Assembly (NCBI GenBank): GCA_045401115.1
Contig: CP174359.1
Span: forward strand, 213,691-277,690
From: Candidatus Phycocordibacter aenigmaticus
Lineage (GTDB): Bacteria > Patescibacteriota > Minisyncoccia > Phycocordibacterales > Phycocordibacteraceae
Direction of reading: 5' to 3'
DNA length: 64,000 nucleotides
A model generated the notes under the pieces. It searched no databases, was not told where the DNA came from, and worked only from the letters and a program-made list of their open reading frames with translations. The position numbers and the translations under genes were made by a program. Below, piece by piece: positions 1 to 9,821 of this stretch; position 1 is the stretch's first letter; each line of letters opens with the position of its first letter.

Positions 1-843
1 CTTGTGCTTTCACTACAGTGCTCTCAATACGTGCTGGTTGAATACGTTGATCAACAATAAGTTTTTCAAGCGCAAGTCGGGCTACGTGGCGCCGTACAGG
101 GTCAAATGAAGAGAGGGTAATAAGTCCGGGGGTATCGTCAACCAGTACATCGACGCCAGTCGCACGTTCAAACGCGCGAATATTTCGTCCTTCACGACCA
201 ATAATTTTTCCTTTGATTTCATCGTTTGGTAGGGTAACGGAGGTAGTGAGGATGTCATTATTTACTGCGTTACCGAGTCGGTGAATTGCAGTGGTTAATA
301 TTTCTCTCGCTTTCCCTTCAAGGCGTTCTTTACCGGCAATTTCCAGTTTTTGCAAACGCACCAACATATCTTCTTCATGATGTTTTTTAACTGACTCCAA
401 GAGTGCATCACGCGCTTCACTCTCACTCATAAATGAAACGTTTGCTAATTCTTTTTCACGTTTTTTAACGAGCATTTCCGCCTGTTCTTTAATAGTACGG
501 ACTTTCTGTATTTGTTCTTTGATGCGTTCTGCTTCACGGTCAAGATCAGTTTGACGTTGATCAAGATATATTTCTTTTGCCGTGATACGTTTTTCTTTTG
601 CCGTCAGCACTTCTTCTTTTTGCTGCATCGTTTTACGGAGCTCTCCTTCAAGACGTTCCGATTTCTCTTCGGCAAGATTAAGGATGTTTTTTGCCTCTTC
701 GCGTGCGTCGAGTCGCATCTGCTTAATTTCAAGCTCAACCGACCCGCGCTGTCCGAGTGATACGAGCCAACGCAGGAAATATCCCGCTGTCATGCCCATA
801 ATCCCGACAAGAGCCAAGAGGACGAATGCTAATTTTATTGACA
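1..843 (-). CDS. rny: ribonuclease Y, N-terminal part (runs off the window start)
   Basis: Minus-strand ORF with ATG at 841-843 and no stop before position 1. It has an N-terminal TM helix, a long K/E-rich coiled coil and the KH-domain motif [15 protein letters not shown]. Confidence 0.8.
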
Positions 844-1035
844 TATATGTTTCATTTCCATCACGTGTACAGCGGGTGTTTCTAGGTACTGATTTTCAGA
901 AAAAGTAAGGAAATAAGCCGTATGTACTGGAGTGCCTGCTGCTGTATTCGTGATATATGGAATTATCATTATTTAGTGTTAGACGTCTGCACTATACCGC
1001 TGCGGTGCATTTGTATCAAATCCAGTGAATTATAT

Positions 1036-1066
1036 AAAAAATCCCGTTTTAAAACGGGATTTTTTA
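1036..1066. terminator. bidirectional rho-independent terminator (hairpin ATCCCGTTTTAAAACGGGAT flanked by A and T runs)
   Basis: Perfect hairpin between rny and clpP with A-tract on one side and T-tract on the other. Confidence 0.6.
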
Positions 1067-1078
1067 TCAATAGCATAA

Positions 1079-1717
1079 TTATTTTTGCGTTTTGTAGATT
1101 TGGTCTACCACTCCGTATTTCTTTGCTTCATCAGCACTCATGAAGTAGTCGCGCTCCACATCTTTTTCTACTTTTGAGATATCTTGCCCGGTATTTTTAG
1201 CAAGAATTTTATTGAGCCGCTCGCGAGTTTTAAGAATGTGTCGCGCGGTAATTTCAATATCAGTCGCCTGTCCTTGTGCACCACCCCACGGCTGGTGAAT
1301 CATGACTTCAGAGTTAGGCAACGCAAAACGTTTTCCTTTCTCGCCAGCAGAAAGAATAACTGCTGCCGCACTCGCTGCGATACCTACTGAAACCGTGGCA
1401 ATATTAGGTTTAACGTAGTTCATGGTGTCGAGAATTGCCAGTCCTGCGGTTACCGATCCACCTGGTGAATTAATGTAGATAAAAATATCTTTTTTAGGAT
1501 CCTCAGCTGCTAAAAAGAGTAACTGAGCAATGACCAAGTTTGCACTGTAGTCTTCAATAGGACCACTAAGGAAGATAATACGTTCCTTAAGAAGGCGCGA
1601 GTAAATATCATACGCGCGTTCGCCAAGATTAGTTTTTTCAACAACCATCGGAACAACTTGGTTCTTAAAGTTATCCATACCGTCGGTGTGTTGTGCGTTA
1701 TTGTGAGGTATATACAT
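1079..1717 (-). CDS. clpP: ATP-dependent Clp protease proteolytic subunit
   Basis: 212 aa. Motifs include [11 protein letters not shown] and MIHQPWGG, with the catalytic Ser/His context typical of ClpP. It lies downstream of tig as usual. Confidence 0.9.
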   Translation of the reverse strand: MYIPHNNAQHTDGMDNFKNQVVPMVVEKTNLGERAYDIYSRLLKERIIFLSGPIEDYSANLVIAQLLFLAAEDPKKDIFIYINSPGGSVTAGLAILDTMNYVKPNIATVSVGIAASAAAVILSAGEKGKRFALPNSEVMIHQPWGGAQGQATDIEITARHILKTRERLNKILAKNTGQDISKVEKDVERDYFMSADEAKKYGVVDQIYKTQK

Positions 1718-1819
1718 TGTGCGTTAGGTTATCGATTATCTGTGTTCCGTGTATATGCACGGGACTGTCTTGGCTATCATACCGCAGAGTTGTTTTAAAT
1801 GCCAAATACATAGCTACTA

Positions 1820-1845
1820 AAAAACCGGGCACTGCCCGGTTTAGT
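1820..1845. terminator. rho-independent terminator hairpin (CCGGGCACTGCCCGG)
   Basis: GC hairpin flanked by A and T runs between tig and clpP. Confidence 0.5.
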
Positions 1846-1867
1846 AGTTAATTTTCAAGGGTGATCG

Positions 1868-3037
1868 TTATGCTGATGTTTTTTCGTCATCCGAAGAGGT
1901 ATCGGTATCAGATTTCGGTTCGTCAGTTTTTTCTTCAACCTTCTCTTCAGGCGACGCTTCCTCACCTTCTTGCATAGGGTCAGGTGGTGCAATCAGTGTT
2001 GGTGAGAGAAATTCCCATGCTTTTTCACGGAGAAATTGCTCAGCTGCATATGACTGTGCGCGATTCTCGTCAACGCCTTGGTCAGTCAGTCGTTTTACAA
2101 ATGTTGCCTGGCGTTTCTTGTCCTCTTCGTTCAGTGAGAGTTTTTCTTCACGAACAATGTGTGCAAACACAAGGTCGAGCACGATACGCTTCTCAGCATT
2201 CGGTGCAAGGTCGGTCGTCACTTCTTCTTCGGTTTTATTAACTCGTTTTAGATAGTCTTCCCACTCAAGTCCTTGCTTCTTTACATCCTCTTTAAATGCC
2301 TGGAGGAGTGCCCGCGTCTCTTCTTGGGTGAGCACTTGTGGAATATCATATTGAGCAGCGGCGATAAGTGCTTCGGCTACTGCGCCACGCTTTTCTTGCA
2401 TAGCCCGATCAGCAACACTCTTTTCAGCCTCTCCTTCAATAAAGTGCTCCACTGCTGTGCCATTTTCAAAACCAATCATTTTTGCTTCCTCATCAGTAAT
2501 TGGTTCTTCCGCTTTGTCTTCATTTTCTTTAGCGTCTCCTTCAGCAACTTCTTCAGGTTTTGCCATTTTATTTATCGCACGAATTTGTGTACGAAATGCT
2601 TGTTTTGCATCATTAAGTTGTTTCTCACGCTCCTGTTCGGGGAGTGTAGCTAATGCATCTTGTGCAATCTTCTCATATCCAGTGATTTCCACAGTCGGTG
2701 GCGTTATTGCGGTAATTTCAAACGCCACATCAGAACCATGTTCTGGATCTTTGATTGAGAGTGAAAGTGGAGCAATTGGTTGCACCTCTTCTTGTTTTAG
2801 GATATCGGTGAGTGTTTCTTTAAGTGCACGCTCCGCAGCGTCTTTCCAGAGAAAGTTTTGACCCACTTCTTGAACAACGCGGTCTTCAGGCACATTTCCT
2901 TTACGAAAGCCGGGAAGTTCTACCTCTTTTACCGCTGCCTTAAGTGCTGTGTCATAAAATTTTTCAACGTCTTTTGACGCGAGAGTACCGCTGAGCACTA
3001 CCTCGGCACCTTCTTTTTTTGTTTTGGTTATATTCAT
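1868..3037 (-). CDS. tig: trigger factor
   Basis: 389 aa with the ribosome-binding signature GFRKGNVP near the N-terminus, a PPIase-like middle and an acidic C-terminal tail. It is in the tig-clpP arrangement. Confidence 0.85.
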   Translation of the reverse strand: MNITKTKKEGAEVVLSGTLASKDVEKFYDTALKAAVKEVELPGFRKGNVPEDRVVQEVGQNFLWKDAAERALKETLTDILKQEEVQPIAPLSLSIKDPEHGSDVAFEITAITPPTVEITGYEKIAQDALATLPEQEREKQLNDAKQAFRTQIRAINKMAKPEEVAEGDAKENEDKAEEPITDEEAKMIGFENGTAVEHFIEGEAEKSVADRAMQEKRGAVAEALIAAAQYDIPQVLTQEETRALLQAFKEDVKKQGLEWEDYLKRVNKTEEEVTTDLAPNAEKRIVLDLVFAHIVREEKLSLNEEDKKRQATFVKRLTDQGVDENRAQSYAAEQFLREKAWEFLSPTLIAPPDPMQEGEEASPEEKVEEKTDEPKSDTDTSSDDEKTSA

Positions 3038-3257
3038 CCTATTGTGAAATTTCGGCGTGTGCTGCGCACGGTATGCCGATTAGTTTTTAATTAATTTCCC
3101 TTCTGTTCTCGGTTGTAGCGCCCCGGCACATTTGAAGAATGCGCCTTCATTGCTACAACGGGACGCGTGAGCCTCATCCTACACGAAAGTGAAGTAATTT
3201 CAAAAAAACCGCCTATGAATATCATAGACGGTTTTTTGTGTACTACGGTGAGGTTGG

Positions 3258-3611
3258 TTATTGATTTAATTCTGCTTCAAAATCTGCAGAAGCTTCATCA
3301 AGTCCTGAGAAATCAGTATTATCTAAGTCGGCTTCAATAGCATCAAGGTCGGTTGCACTACCTTGTGTTTGCAGATTAGCTTCTGCATCCCCATTAATCC
3401 CTGTTGATTCTTCGGTTGGCTGATTATTTTGGATCTGTTCAATACCGGTAGTGAAGTAATACATCGCGCCGAGCGCTAGGATGACGATGATAATAATGAT
3501 AGCAATAACAGGACCAAAACCACCGTCTTTATGCGATGGTTTTGGTGTTATCTCAGGTTGTACATGTGGTGGGGTTTCTTGAGAAGTTGTTTCGTTATGT
3601 TCTTTATCCAT
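3258..3611 (-). CDS. hypothetical small bitopic membrane protein with an acidic tail
   Basis: 117 aa with one strong TM segment (GPVIAIIIIIVILALGAMYYF) and a D/E-rich C-terminus. Confidence 0.45.
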   Translation of the reverse strand: MDKEHNETTSQETPPHVQPEITPKPSHKDGGFGPVIAIIIIIVILALGAMYYFTTGIEQIQNNQPTEESTGINGDAEANLQTQGSATDLDAIEADLDNTDFSGLDEASADFEAELNQ

Positions 3612-3668
3612 ATGTCTAGTATAAACTATTGTTTTTGATTAGTAACAGATGTGTGCGTTAAGAAGTGT

Positions 3669-4592
3669 TTAGGCGCCGTCGTTGGTACCATCCTCAGTAG
3701 TTTCAGCTCCTGCTTCGAGGTTTGTTGAAACTTCAGCGGCTGCTTTGAGTTCAATAAATGCTGAGCGAAGCGCTTCATGTGCAGCACGTACACGTGCCTG
3801 TGCACTGCGCATAGCCTCACGAGTTTCACTGAATATTTCTTTAATTCGTTCACGGGTCAGTGATGCTGCATCGACAGACAATGCTACTTTAAGGTCGGCT
3901 TCAATAGCAGCAAGGTCACCTTCTGCTATTACTAATTCACTCACTGCAAGGTCAAGATATTCTTGTGCTACAGCGGTGTCACCGCCGGATTCAGCAATGA
4001 TATCAGTACGTGCTTGGAGACGTTCTGCAAGAGTATACATACGTTCTATAGCAGATCCTAAAACACGTGAGAAACGATCGAGATGGAGCTCTATACGTGC
4101 AGCAGCATCAGTGGCAACACGTTCCATAATTTCAGCACGTCGGTTTTCTTGTTCTTGCTCGCGTGTTGCTTGCTGGTCCTCAAAGGCTTCACGGCGAGTT
4201 TCGATAGTTGCACGTACTTCCGCGCGTCGGTCGGTAACGTCAATGTTTGCATTCGCATCCGCCTGTGTTTCGCGCCGTGCCTGAAGTGTTTCGATGTTTT
4301 TCTGTACTGCTTCGCGCCGTGTTTGTACTTCTTCTTTTAATAGGGTGCGTTGCTCTTCGATTCGTGCACGTGTTGCGTTTACATCAACTCTGAGTGATGC
4401 TTCTGTTTTTGCCCGGACGTTTGTGCCAGCATCATTTGGTCGTACCTGAACATCTGCATTATTGGTGGTCCGTACATCAACCCGCGCTGGTGGCTCCCGG
4501 TGTTCTTCTGCAAATACCACAGTACTGAGGAGAGTAAATGTAAGAATGATAATAAAGGTGAGAATACTGTATCGGTATATAGTGTGTGTCAT
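3669..4592 (-). CDS. hypothetical secreted or membrane-anchored coiled-coil protein
   Basis: 307 aa with an N-terminal signal/anchor (ILTFIIILTFTLLSTVVFA) followed by a long R/E/A/T-rich predicted coiled coil. Confidence 0.5.
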   Translation of the reverse strand: MTHTIYRYSILTFIIILTFTLLSTVVFAEEHREPPARVDVRTTNNADVQVRPNDAGTNVRAKTEASLRVDVNATRARIEEQRTLLKEEVQTRREAVQKNIETLQARRETQADANANIDVTDRRAEVRATIETRREAFEDQQATREQEQENRRAEIMERVATDAAARIELHLDRFSRVLGSAIERMYTLAERLQARTDIIAESGGDTAVAQEYLDLAVSELVIAEGDLAAIEADLKVALSVDAASLTRERIKEIFSETREAMRSAQARVRAAHEALRSAFIELKAAAEVSTNLEAGAETTEDGTNDGA

Positions 4593-4699
4593 AAAGTGTT
4601 AGTGAAAGAATGAGTAATTATTATTGATATAACAGTACCGCTTCACGGTACCAGTCATAGATTCATTATATAGGCTATTCTTTCTTTGTAGAGTATCTT

Positions 4700-4737
4700 C
4701 CACATAAAAACCCTGCAGCTGCAGGGTTTTTATGTGG
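4700..4737. terminator. 38-nt perfect palindrome acting as a bidirectional terminator
   Basis: CCACATAAAAACCCTGCAG|CTGCAGGGTTTTTATGTGG lies between the convergent ends of nusA and the coiled-coil gene. Confidence 0.55.
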
Positions 4738-4769
4738 AGTACTATCTCCCGTTAACTGGATGAACTTCG

Positions 4770-6125
4770 TTACTCTTTTGTTTTAGTTGGGTCGAGGTCT
4801 GATTGCTCGTCCATTTCAGTAGGTGCTTGTTCAGACGCTTCCGCAAGTTCTTCTTCTTTTTCGAGTGTTTCTTCGGACTCAACAGCATCTGGAGTTGGTT
4901 GTGCCTCGGCTGTATTGTCTTCAGTAGGTGATTCAGTAGTAGGAATTTCCTCCGGTACCCCTTCGTTTTCTTCAGTAGGAGCTTCTTCTGGTACAACCGA
5001 TACTTTATCGCCATCGGTTTCTGCAAGTTCTTCACCTTGCGCAGAGTGAATATCAATCGCCCATCCAGTCAGTCGAGCTGCGAGACGTACATTTTGACCA
5101 CCGCGTCCGATTGCGAGTGATTGTTGGTCATCAGTTACCTCAACCACTGCACGCTTTTCATTTTCATGAAGTTCAACAGAAAGTACTTCCGCAGGAGAGA
5201 GTGCGTCTTCAATAAATTCTGCAGGGTCTTCTGACCATTCAATAATATCAATGCGTTCACCACCGAGTTCGCTGGTGACCGTTGAAACACGGACGCCCCG
5301 TTGACCAACCAGTGCTCCCACAGGGTCAATACGCTCATCAACCGCATGCACGGCGACTTTTGATCGACTCCCAGCTTCACGCGCAACTCCTTTTATTTCA
5401 ATAGTGCCGTTTGTGATTTCTGGTACCTCCATTTCAAAAAGTTTTTCAAGAAATTTAGGGTGAGCACGTGAAAGACGTAAAAATACACCACGGCCTCCTT
5501 CTTCAACAGAGAAAAGGTACGCGCGTACACGTTCTCCTGGACGAAATCGCTCCCCGGGGATTTGTTCGTTGTACGGCATAATGCCGGTGGCACGACCAAG
5601 GTCAATATATAAGTTTCCTCGCTCAAATCGTTGCGCGGTACCGCTGATCACATCACCTTCTTTACCACCAAATTCCTCCATAACGCTTGAGCGTTCAGCT
5701 TCACGTACTTTTTGCATAATGACCTGCTTTGCTGTTTGTGCAGCGATACGGCCAAAATCAGTTTTCTTTTCGAGTGGGAAAATAATTTCTGAATCGATTT
5801 CCGCATCGCGTTTGATTCGCTTTGCGTCTTCAAGGAACATATGCTGTTCCTCGTTGTAATGCGGTCGATCATCATCCTCAGGTTGTTCCTCTTCTTCTTC
5901 CATATATACTGCCGTCGGGTCAACAACAGTTTTTACTTGATAGAAGTCCACGTCGCCAGTGTCGGGAGTAAAATGTGCGCGAATGATTTGCCCGCGTTGC
6001 CCGTATTCTTTTTTATACGCAGTGGCAAGCGCGCTCTCTACTGCTTCCAACATTTTTTCACGAGGAATACCACGCTCTTCGGCGAGTTGATCGAGGACAA
6101 GGTTAATTGCTTTTAGGTCAAACAT
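4770..6125 (-). CDS. nusA: transcription termination/antitermination factor NusA
   Basis: 451 aa with an N-terminal NusA domain, S1-like and two KH regions (GQRGVRV, IGRGGQNVRLA) and a long acidic C-terminal tail. Confidence 0.9.
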   Translation of the reverse strand: MFDLKAINLVLDQLAEERGIPREKMLEAVESALATAYKKEYGQRGQIIRAHFTPDTGDVDFYQVKTVVDPTAVYMEEEEEQPEDDDRPHYNEEQHMFLEDAKRIKRDAEIDSEIIFPLEKKTDFGRIAAQTAKQVIMQKVREAERSSVMEEFGGKEGDVISGTAQRFERGNLYIDLGRATGIMPYNEQIPGERFRPGERVRAYLFSVEEGGRGVFLRLSRAHPKFLEKLFEMEVPEITNGTIEIKGVAREAGSRSKVAVHAVDERIDPVGALVGQRGVRVSTVTSELGGERIDIIEWSEDPAEFIEDALSPAEVLSVELHENEKRAVVEVTDDQQSLAIGRGGQNVRLAARLTGWAIDIHSAQGEELAETDGDKVSVVPEEAPTEENEGVPEEIPTTESPTEDNTAEAQPTPDAVESEETLEKEEELAEASEQAPTEMDEQSDLDPTKTKE

Positions 6126-6248
6126 ATTTTTTTGTTAGTGAGCGAAATGGGTTGAGAAAATCATCCAACTTCTCGTTTTATAGTAAAACAGGGAGTGAGG
6201 ATATATAAAAAATCCACCCATCTCACGTATAACCGCTTATAAAGAAAT

Positions 6249-6277
6249 AAAAAACCGACGCCTTTTCAGTGTCGGAA
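6249..6277 (-). terminator. rho-independent terminator for the 6489-6926 gene
   Basis: Minus-strand hairpin CCGACACTGAAAAGGCGTCGG followed by a T6 run. Confidence 0.5.
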
Positions 6278-6488
6278 TCAAAGCTACTATTCGGTTATGG
6301 GTCTATAATACTCCTTCAAATTGGACGTGTCAAACTCACATCACCATGATTTTAGGAGAAAACTATGTTGATGTAATACCTGAATTTGAAGTTTCATTAG
6401 AAATGGGAGTGGGAGCCTCAATCGCACTTTTTATGTTCGGTGCACTTAGTGGTAAACGATTCGGTATATGGCGTATATCATATATGCC

Positions 6489-6926
6489 CTATCTTATTTC
6501 TTTTGTGAAAAGTTCTTTGCACTTATAAAATGGATTTTCTTCATCACGCGCTGCAGGTTTACCAGGCGGTAGGGCAGTTATTAATGTGTAATTTAATGCA
6601 TTATATAAAATTCTAATGTAGTAGATAACCCCTTTTCGTTCTAATGGAATGGTGAGCCGACCTTCTTTTGATTGTGAGTCACACTCTTCCTTTGTGGCGA
6701 TAACTTGAGTTTTACTGCGTATTGAATCGAGTTCGCCGGGGCCAAGAACAAGCCGGCCGTAGCGCTCGTAAAGCTTTTTGCAAAAGTGCCATTCCCTTTT
6801 TGGTATGGTGCTTGTCTCTGGCCACTCAGTATTGAATGTGGTGATGGTGTCTATAGATTGTGCCGCGTCTCTTTTTTGATGAGATTGTTGGTTTTGGACG
6901 GATAATGTTCTCGGGCCACATTCCAT
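6489..6926 (-). CDS. hypothetical protein
   Basis: 145 aa ORF with its own terminator. No confident family assignment; a weak RimP-C-like pattern was not convincing. Confidence 0.4.
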   Translation of the reverse strand: MECGPRTLSVQNQQSHQKRDAAQSIDTITTFNTEWPETSTIPKREWHFCKKLYERYGRLVLGPGELDSIRSKTQVIATKEECDSQSKEGRLTIPLERKGVIYYIRILYNALNYTLITALPPGKPAARDEENPFYKCKELFTKEIR

Positions 6927-6992
6927 ATATTTATAATTAGTATTAAATATATTTATACTAATTTCAACAGATACTATTCATTTTTAGCTACA

Positions 6993-7415
6993 GTGAGCGC
7001 AATCGCACACTTGCCCTGCAAGGCGGTTTTTTATACAGTGCGTTATATGAATGATGCATCAATGAACGCATATGAAGTAGATTTTTTACGAAACGAGGCA
7101 GAAATCCATATTCGTGATACACGAACCAGATGGATGTGTGGTGTCCCCGCATTACTCCTCTTCGGCGCTCTTACTGAATTCTACTTTGATTGGATACCAG
7201 ACATTGATGCATTTAGTGCACCGTCACACATAGCTGCTCTTGCAGCACTCCTTGGCATAGGTGCATATGCGGGAGATAAGATAGGCGCCCGACATGCTCG
7301 TTCAACTGCCGCAAACATATTTAGTCAGTCTGGACCAGACGATATGGAAGTTGTTGTGCATGATGGAAATGTGTTCGGTATTTCATCAGACCATGGTGCT
7401 ATCCGTTGGCATTAA
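6993..7415 (+). CDS. hypothetical protein, possibly membrane associated
   Basis: 140 aa ORF divergent from the 6489-6926 gene across an AT-rich spacer. Confidence 0.35.
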   Translation: MSAIAHLPCKAVFYTVRYMNDASMNAYEVDFLRNEAEIHIRDTRTRWMCGVPALLLFGALTEFYFDWIPDIDAFSAPSHIAALAALLGIGAYAGDKIGARHARSTAANIFSQSGPDDMEVVVHDGNVFGISSDHGAIRWH

Positions 7416-7475
7416 CGTGCACAACTTGAGAATAAAATAAACAGAACACGCGTATTGTAGTGTTACTATTTATCT

Positions 7476-9212
7476 ATGCGCGTTACTGACCAACAACTAA
7501 AACAATTTATTCTCGATTCGGGCTTAGTGTCGCGAAAAGAAATCAAATCCGCTGAGGACCATGCGGATGAAAAGGGGATGTCGCTCAAAGACGCGATCGT
7601 ATCACTCGGAGTGATTTCAGAAGATGATATACGGCGTATGCAGGCGCATATTATCGGTATTCCATTTATTTCGCTGACCGATATAAAAATAGATCCACAG
7701 GTGCTCAGTATTATTCCCGAGCCAATTGCCAGAAAACACAATATTGTTGCATTCAAAAAAACCTCCAAGGAACTTGAGGTCGCGATGCTTGATACTAATG
7801 ACTTAGCGGCTATTAACTTTATTAAAAAGAAAGTCGGTCTTAAAATTCTTCCGCGCCTTACTGACACAGCGTCACTTAAAAGCGCACTTCTGCAATATCA
7901 AAAAACACTTAAAGAAGAATTCGGCGATATTATTAAAAATGCATCTCTCTCTATTGCTGACACAACTACACTTGATGACGAGGCATTGGCGAAACTCGCA
8001 GAAGATGTGCCAGTAGTGAAAGTGGTGGATACACTACTGCGTCACGCGGTGATTCAAGGCGCATCTGATATTCATATTGAGCCAATGGAGAACCGGTTAC
8101 TTATTCGGTACCGTATTGACGGTATTTTGCATGATGCCATGGAGCTTCCGAAACATATTGCCTCAGGTGTAGTGGCGCGTATTAAGGTACTCTCTAATTT
8201 AAAGCTGGATGAAAAACGACTTCCGCAGGATGGGCGCTTTAAAATTGAAGCAGATAGCGAACGCGTCAGTTTTCGTGTGTCAGCGCTTCCGACATATTTT
8301 GGCGAGAAAGTGGTCATGCGTTTATTGAGGGAAGGTGGTGGCGGGTACACACTTGAGTCATTAGGGCTTCATGGCTCCGGACTCGAACATATTTATGATG
8401 CCACTAATCAGAAAACCGGACTTATTTTAGTAACTGGTCCGACTGGTTCAGGAAAAACTACAACGCTCTATACTGTGCTTGATATTTTAAATACACCAGA
8501 AGTTAATATTTCTACAGTAGAAGATCCAATTGAGTATCAAATGCAACGTATTAACCAAACACAGGTGCGTCCTGATATTGGTTTTACCTTTGCGCACGGA
8601 CTTCGCGCGCTTCTGCGCCAAGACCCGGACGTTATTATGGTCGGTGAGATTCGTGACACGGAAACCGCAGCGCTCTCAGTAAACGCGGCATTGACTGGTC
8701 ACGTGGTGCTTTCAACATTACATACCAACTCTGCGGCTGCTGCAATTCCACGACTTATGGATATGGAAGTGGAATCATTTCTGCTCACTTCAACATTGCG
8801 TGTCATTATCGGCCAACGTTTGGTACGAAAACTGTGTGACGAATGCGAAGCGTATACGCTTTCCAAAAAAGAAATAGACGAACTCGAGGAAATAATCGAT
8901 ACATCTCGTGTGCTCGCTGCGCTTGAGGACGAGGGGCATATTAAAAAAGGGGACACATTAGCAGACATTCCATTTTATAAAGCAAAAGAAACAGACAAGT
9001 GTCCGGATGGTTACAGTGGACGTATCGGTATTCATGAAATTCTTTCGGTGTCAGACACTACTCGTGAACTGATGTTGAAAAATGCTTCGTCTGATGAAAT
9101 AGAGGCGCAGGCAAAGAAAGAAGGCATGCTGACTATGCTTGAAGATGGCATATTTAAAGCGGCAACGGGCCTTACGACTATCGAAGAGGTGCTTCGTGTC
9201 GTGAGTGAATAA
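7476..9212 (+). CDS. pilB: type IV pilus / type II secretion assembly ATPase (PilB/GspE family)
   Basis: 578 aa with an N-terminal GSPII_E_N-like domain, Walker A GPTGSGKTTT, Asp box, Walker B, His box and a C-terminal CxxC...C...C zinc motif. Confidence 0.9.
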   Translation: MRVTDQQLKQFILDSGLVSRKEIKSAEDHADEKGMSLKDAIVSLGVISEDDIRRMQAHIIGIPFISLTDIKIDPQVLSIIPEPIARKHNIVAFKKTSKELEVAMLDTNDLAAINFIKKKVGLKILPRLTDTASLKSALLQYQKTLKEEFGDIIKNASLSIADTTTLDDEALAKLAEDVPVVKVVDTLLRHAVIQGASDIHIEPMENRLLIRYRIDGILHDAMELPKHIASGVVARIKVLSNLKLDEKRLPQDGRFKIEADSERVSFRVSALPTYFGEKVVMRLLREGGGGYTLESLGLHGSGLEHIYDATNQKTGLILVTGPTGSGKTTTLYTVLDILNTPEVNISTVEDPIEYQMQRINQTQVRPDIGFTFAHGLRALLRQDPDVIMVGEIRDTETAALSVNAALTGHVVLSTLHTNSAAAAIPRLMDMEVESFLLTSTLRVIIGQRLVRKLCDECEAYTLSKKEIDELEEIIDTSRVLAALEDEGHIKKGDTLADIPFYKAKETDKCPDGYSGRIGIHEILSVSDTTRELMLKNASSDEIEAQAKKEGMLTMLEDGIFKAATGLTTIEEVLRVVSE

Positions 9213-9349
9213 ATGTTGTGCTGGATATGACAGCGTCGCAAAAGAATCTACGTCTTACGTTCTACAAGATTCGCGGATTTATTTTTTTTCATATTTACAA
9301 TACATTGCGTCGATTGTTTGCTATAAAACCGTTTCCAATTACCTCAGTT

Positions 9350-9727
9350 ATGGCACTGATTGCTGACGGTGATACGTATGTATTTATTAACCACTCATAC
9401 AGCAAAGGGTATGGTATTCCCGGCGGTATTGTCGACGTTGGTGAAAACGTAGAAGAAGCGTTGGCGCGTGAAGTGTATGAAGAAACAGGGCTTGTGATTA
9501 CAAAATCATGTTACCTAGGGTCGGTTGCCGCGTCACATAGTGGACTACCAACTCTTTCGGCGGTATTTACAGTAGAAACGTCAGGTTCTTTGCGGGGTTC
9601 AGAAGAGGGAGATCTTGTACTGATGAAACCATGTGATGTGTATGAAAAGTTAACGTATGAATCTGCAAAACGCGCATGCGAACGATTCTTGCTGCAAGAC
9701 AACACGTCTCATGCTGACCGCCGTTAG
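9350..9727 (+). CDS. NUDIX hydrolase (the start may be upstream at 9218)
   Basis: Nudix box GGIVDVGENVEEALAREVYEETGL matches GX5EX7REUXEEXGU. The upstream 44 codons look like non-coding read-through. Confidence 0.75.
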   Translation: MALIADGDTYVFINHSYSKGYGIPGGIVDVGENVEEALAREVYEETGLVITKSCYLGSVAASHSGLPTLSAVFTVETSGSLRGSEEGDLVLMKPCDVYEKLTYESAKRACERFLLQDNTSHADRR

Positions 9728-9821
9728 GTTTTTTTTGATACGTTCTGTGTATATGAATGATGCACAGAGTGCGCATCAAAATACGTTGCGTTAATTTCTA
9801 ACAAGGTACAATAAAGATATT

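Noticed and set aside
3100-3170. Inverted repeat (TTGTAGC...GCTACAA) in the tig upstream region, considered as a tRNA or riboswitch
   Set aside because: There is no cloverleaf and no T-loop consensus. It is most likely a leader hairpin or operator, and there is too little evidence to call a feature.
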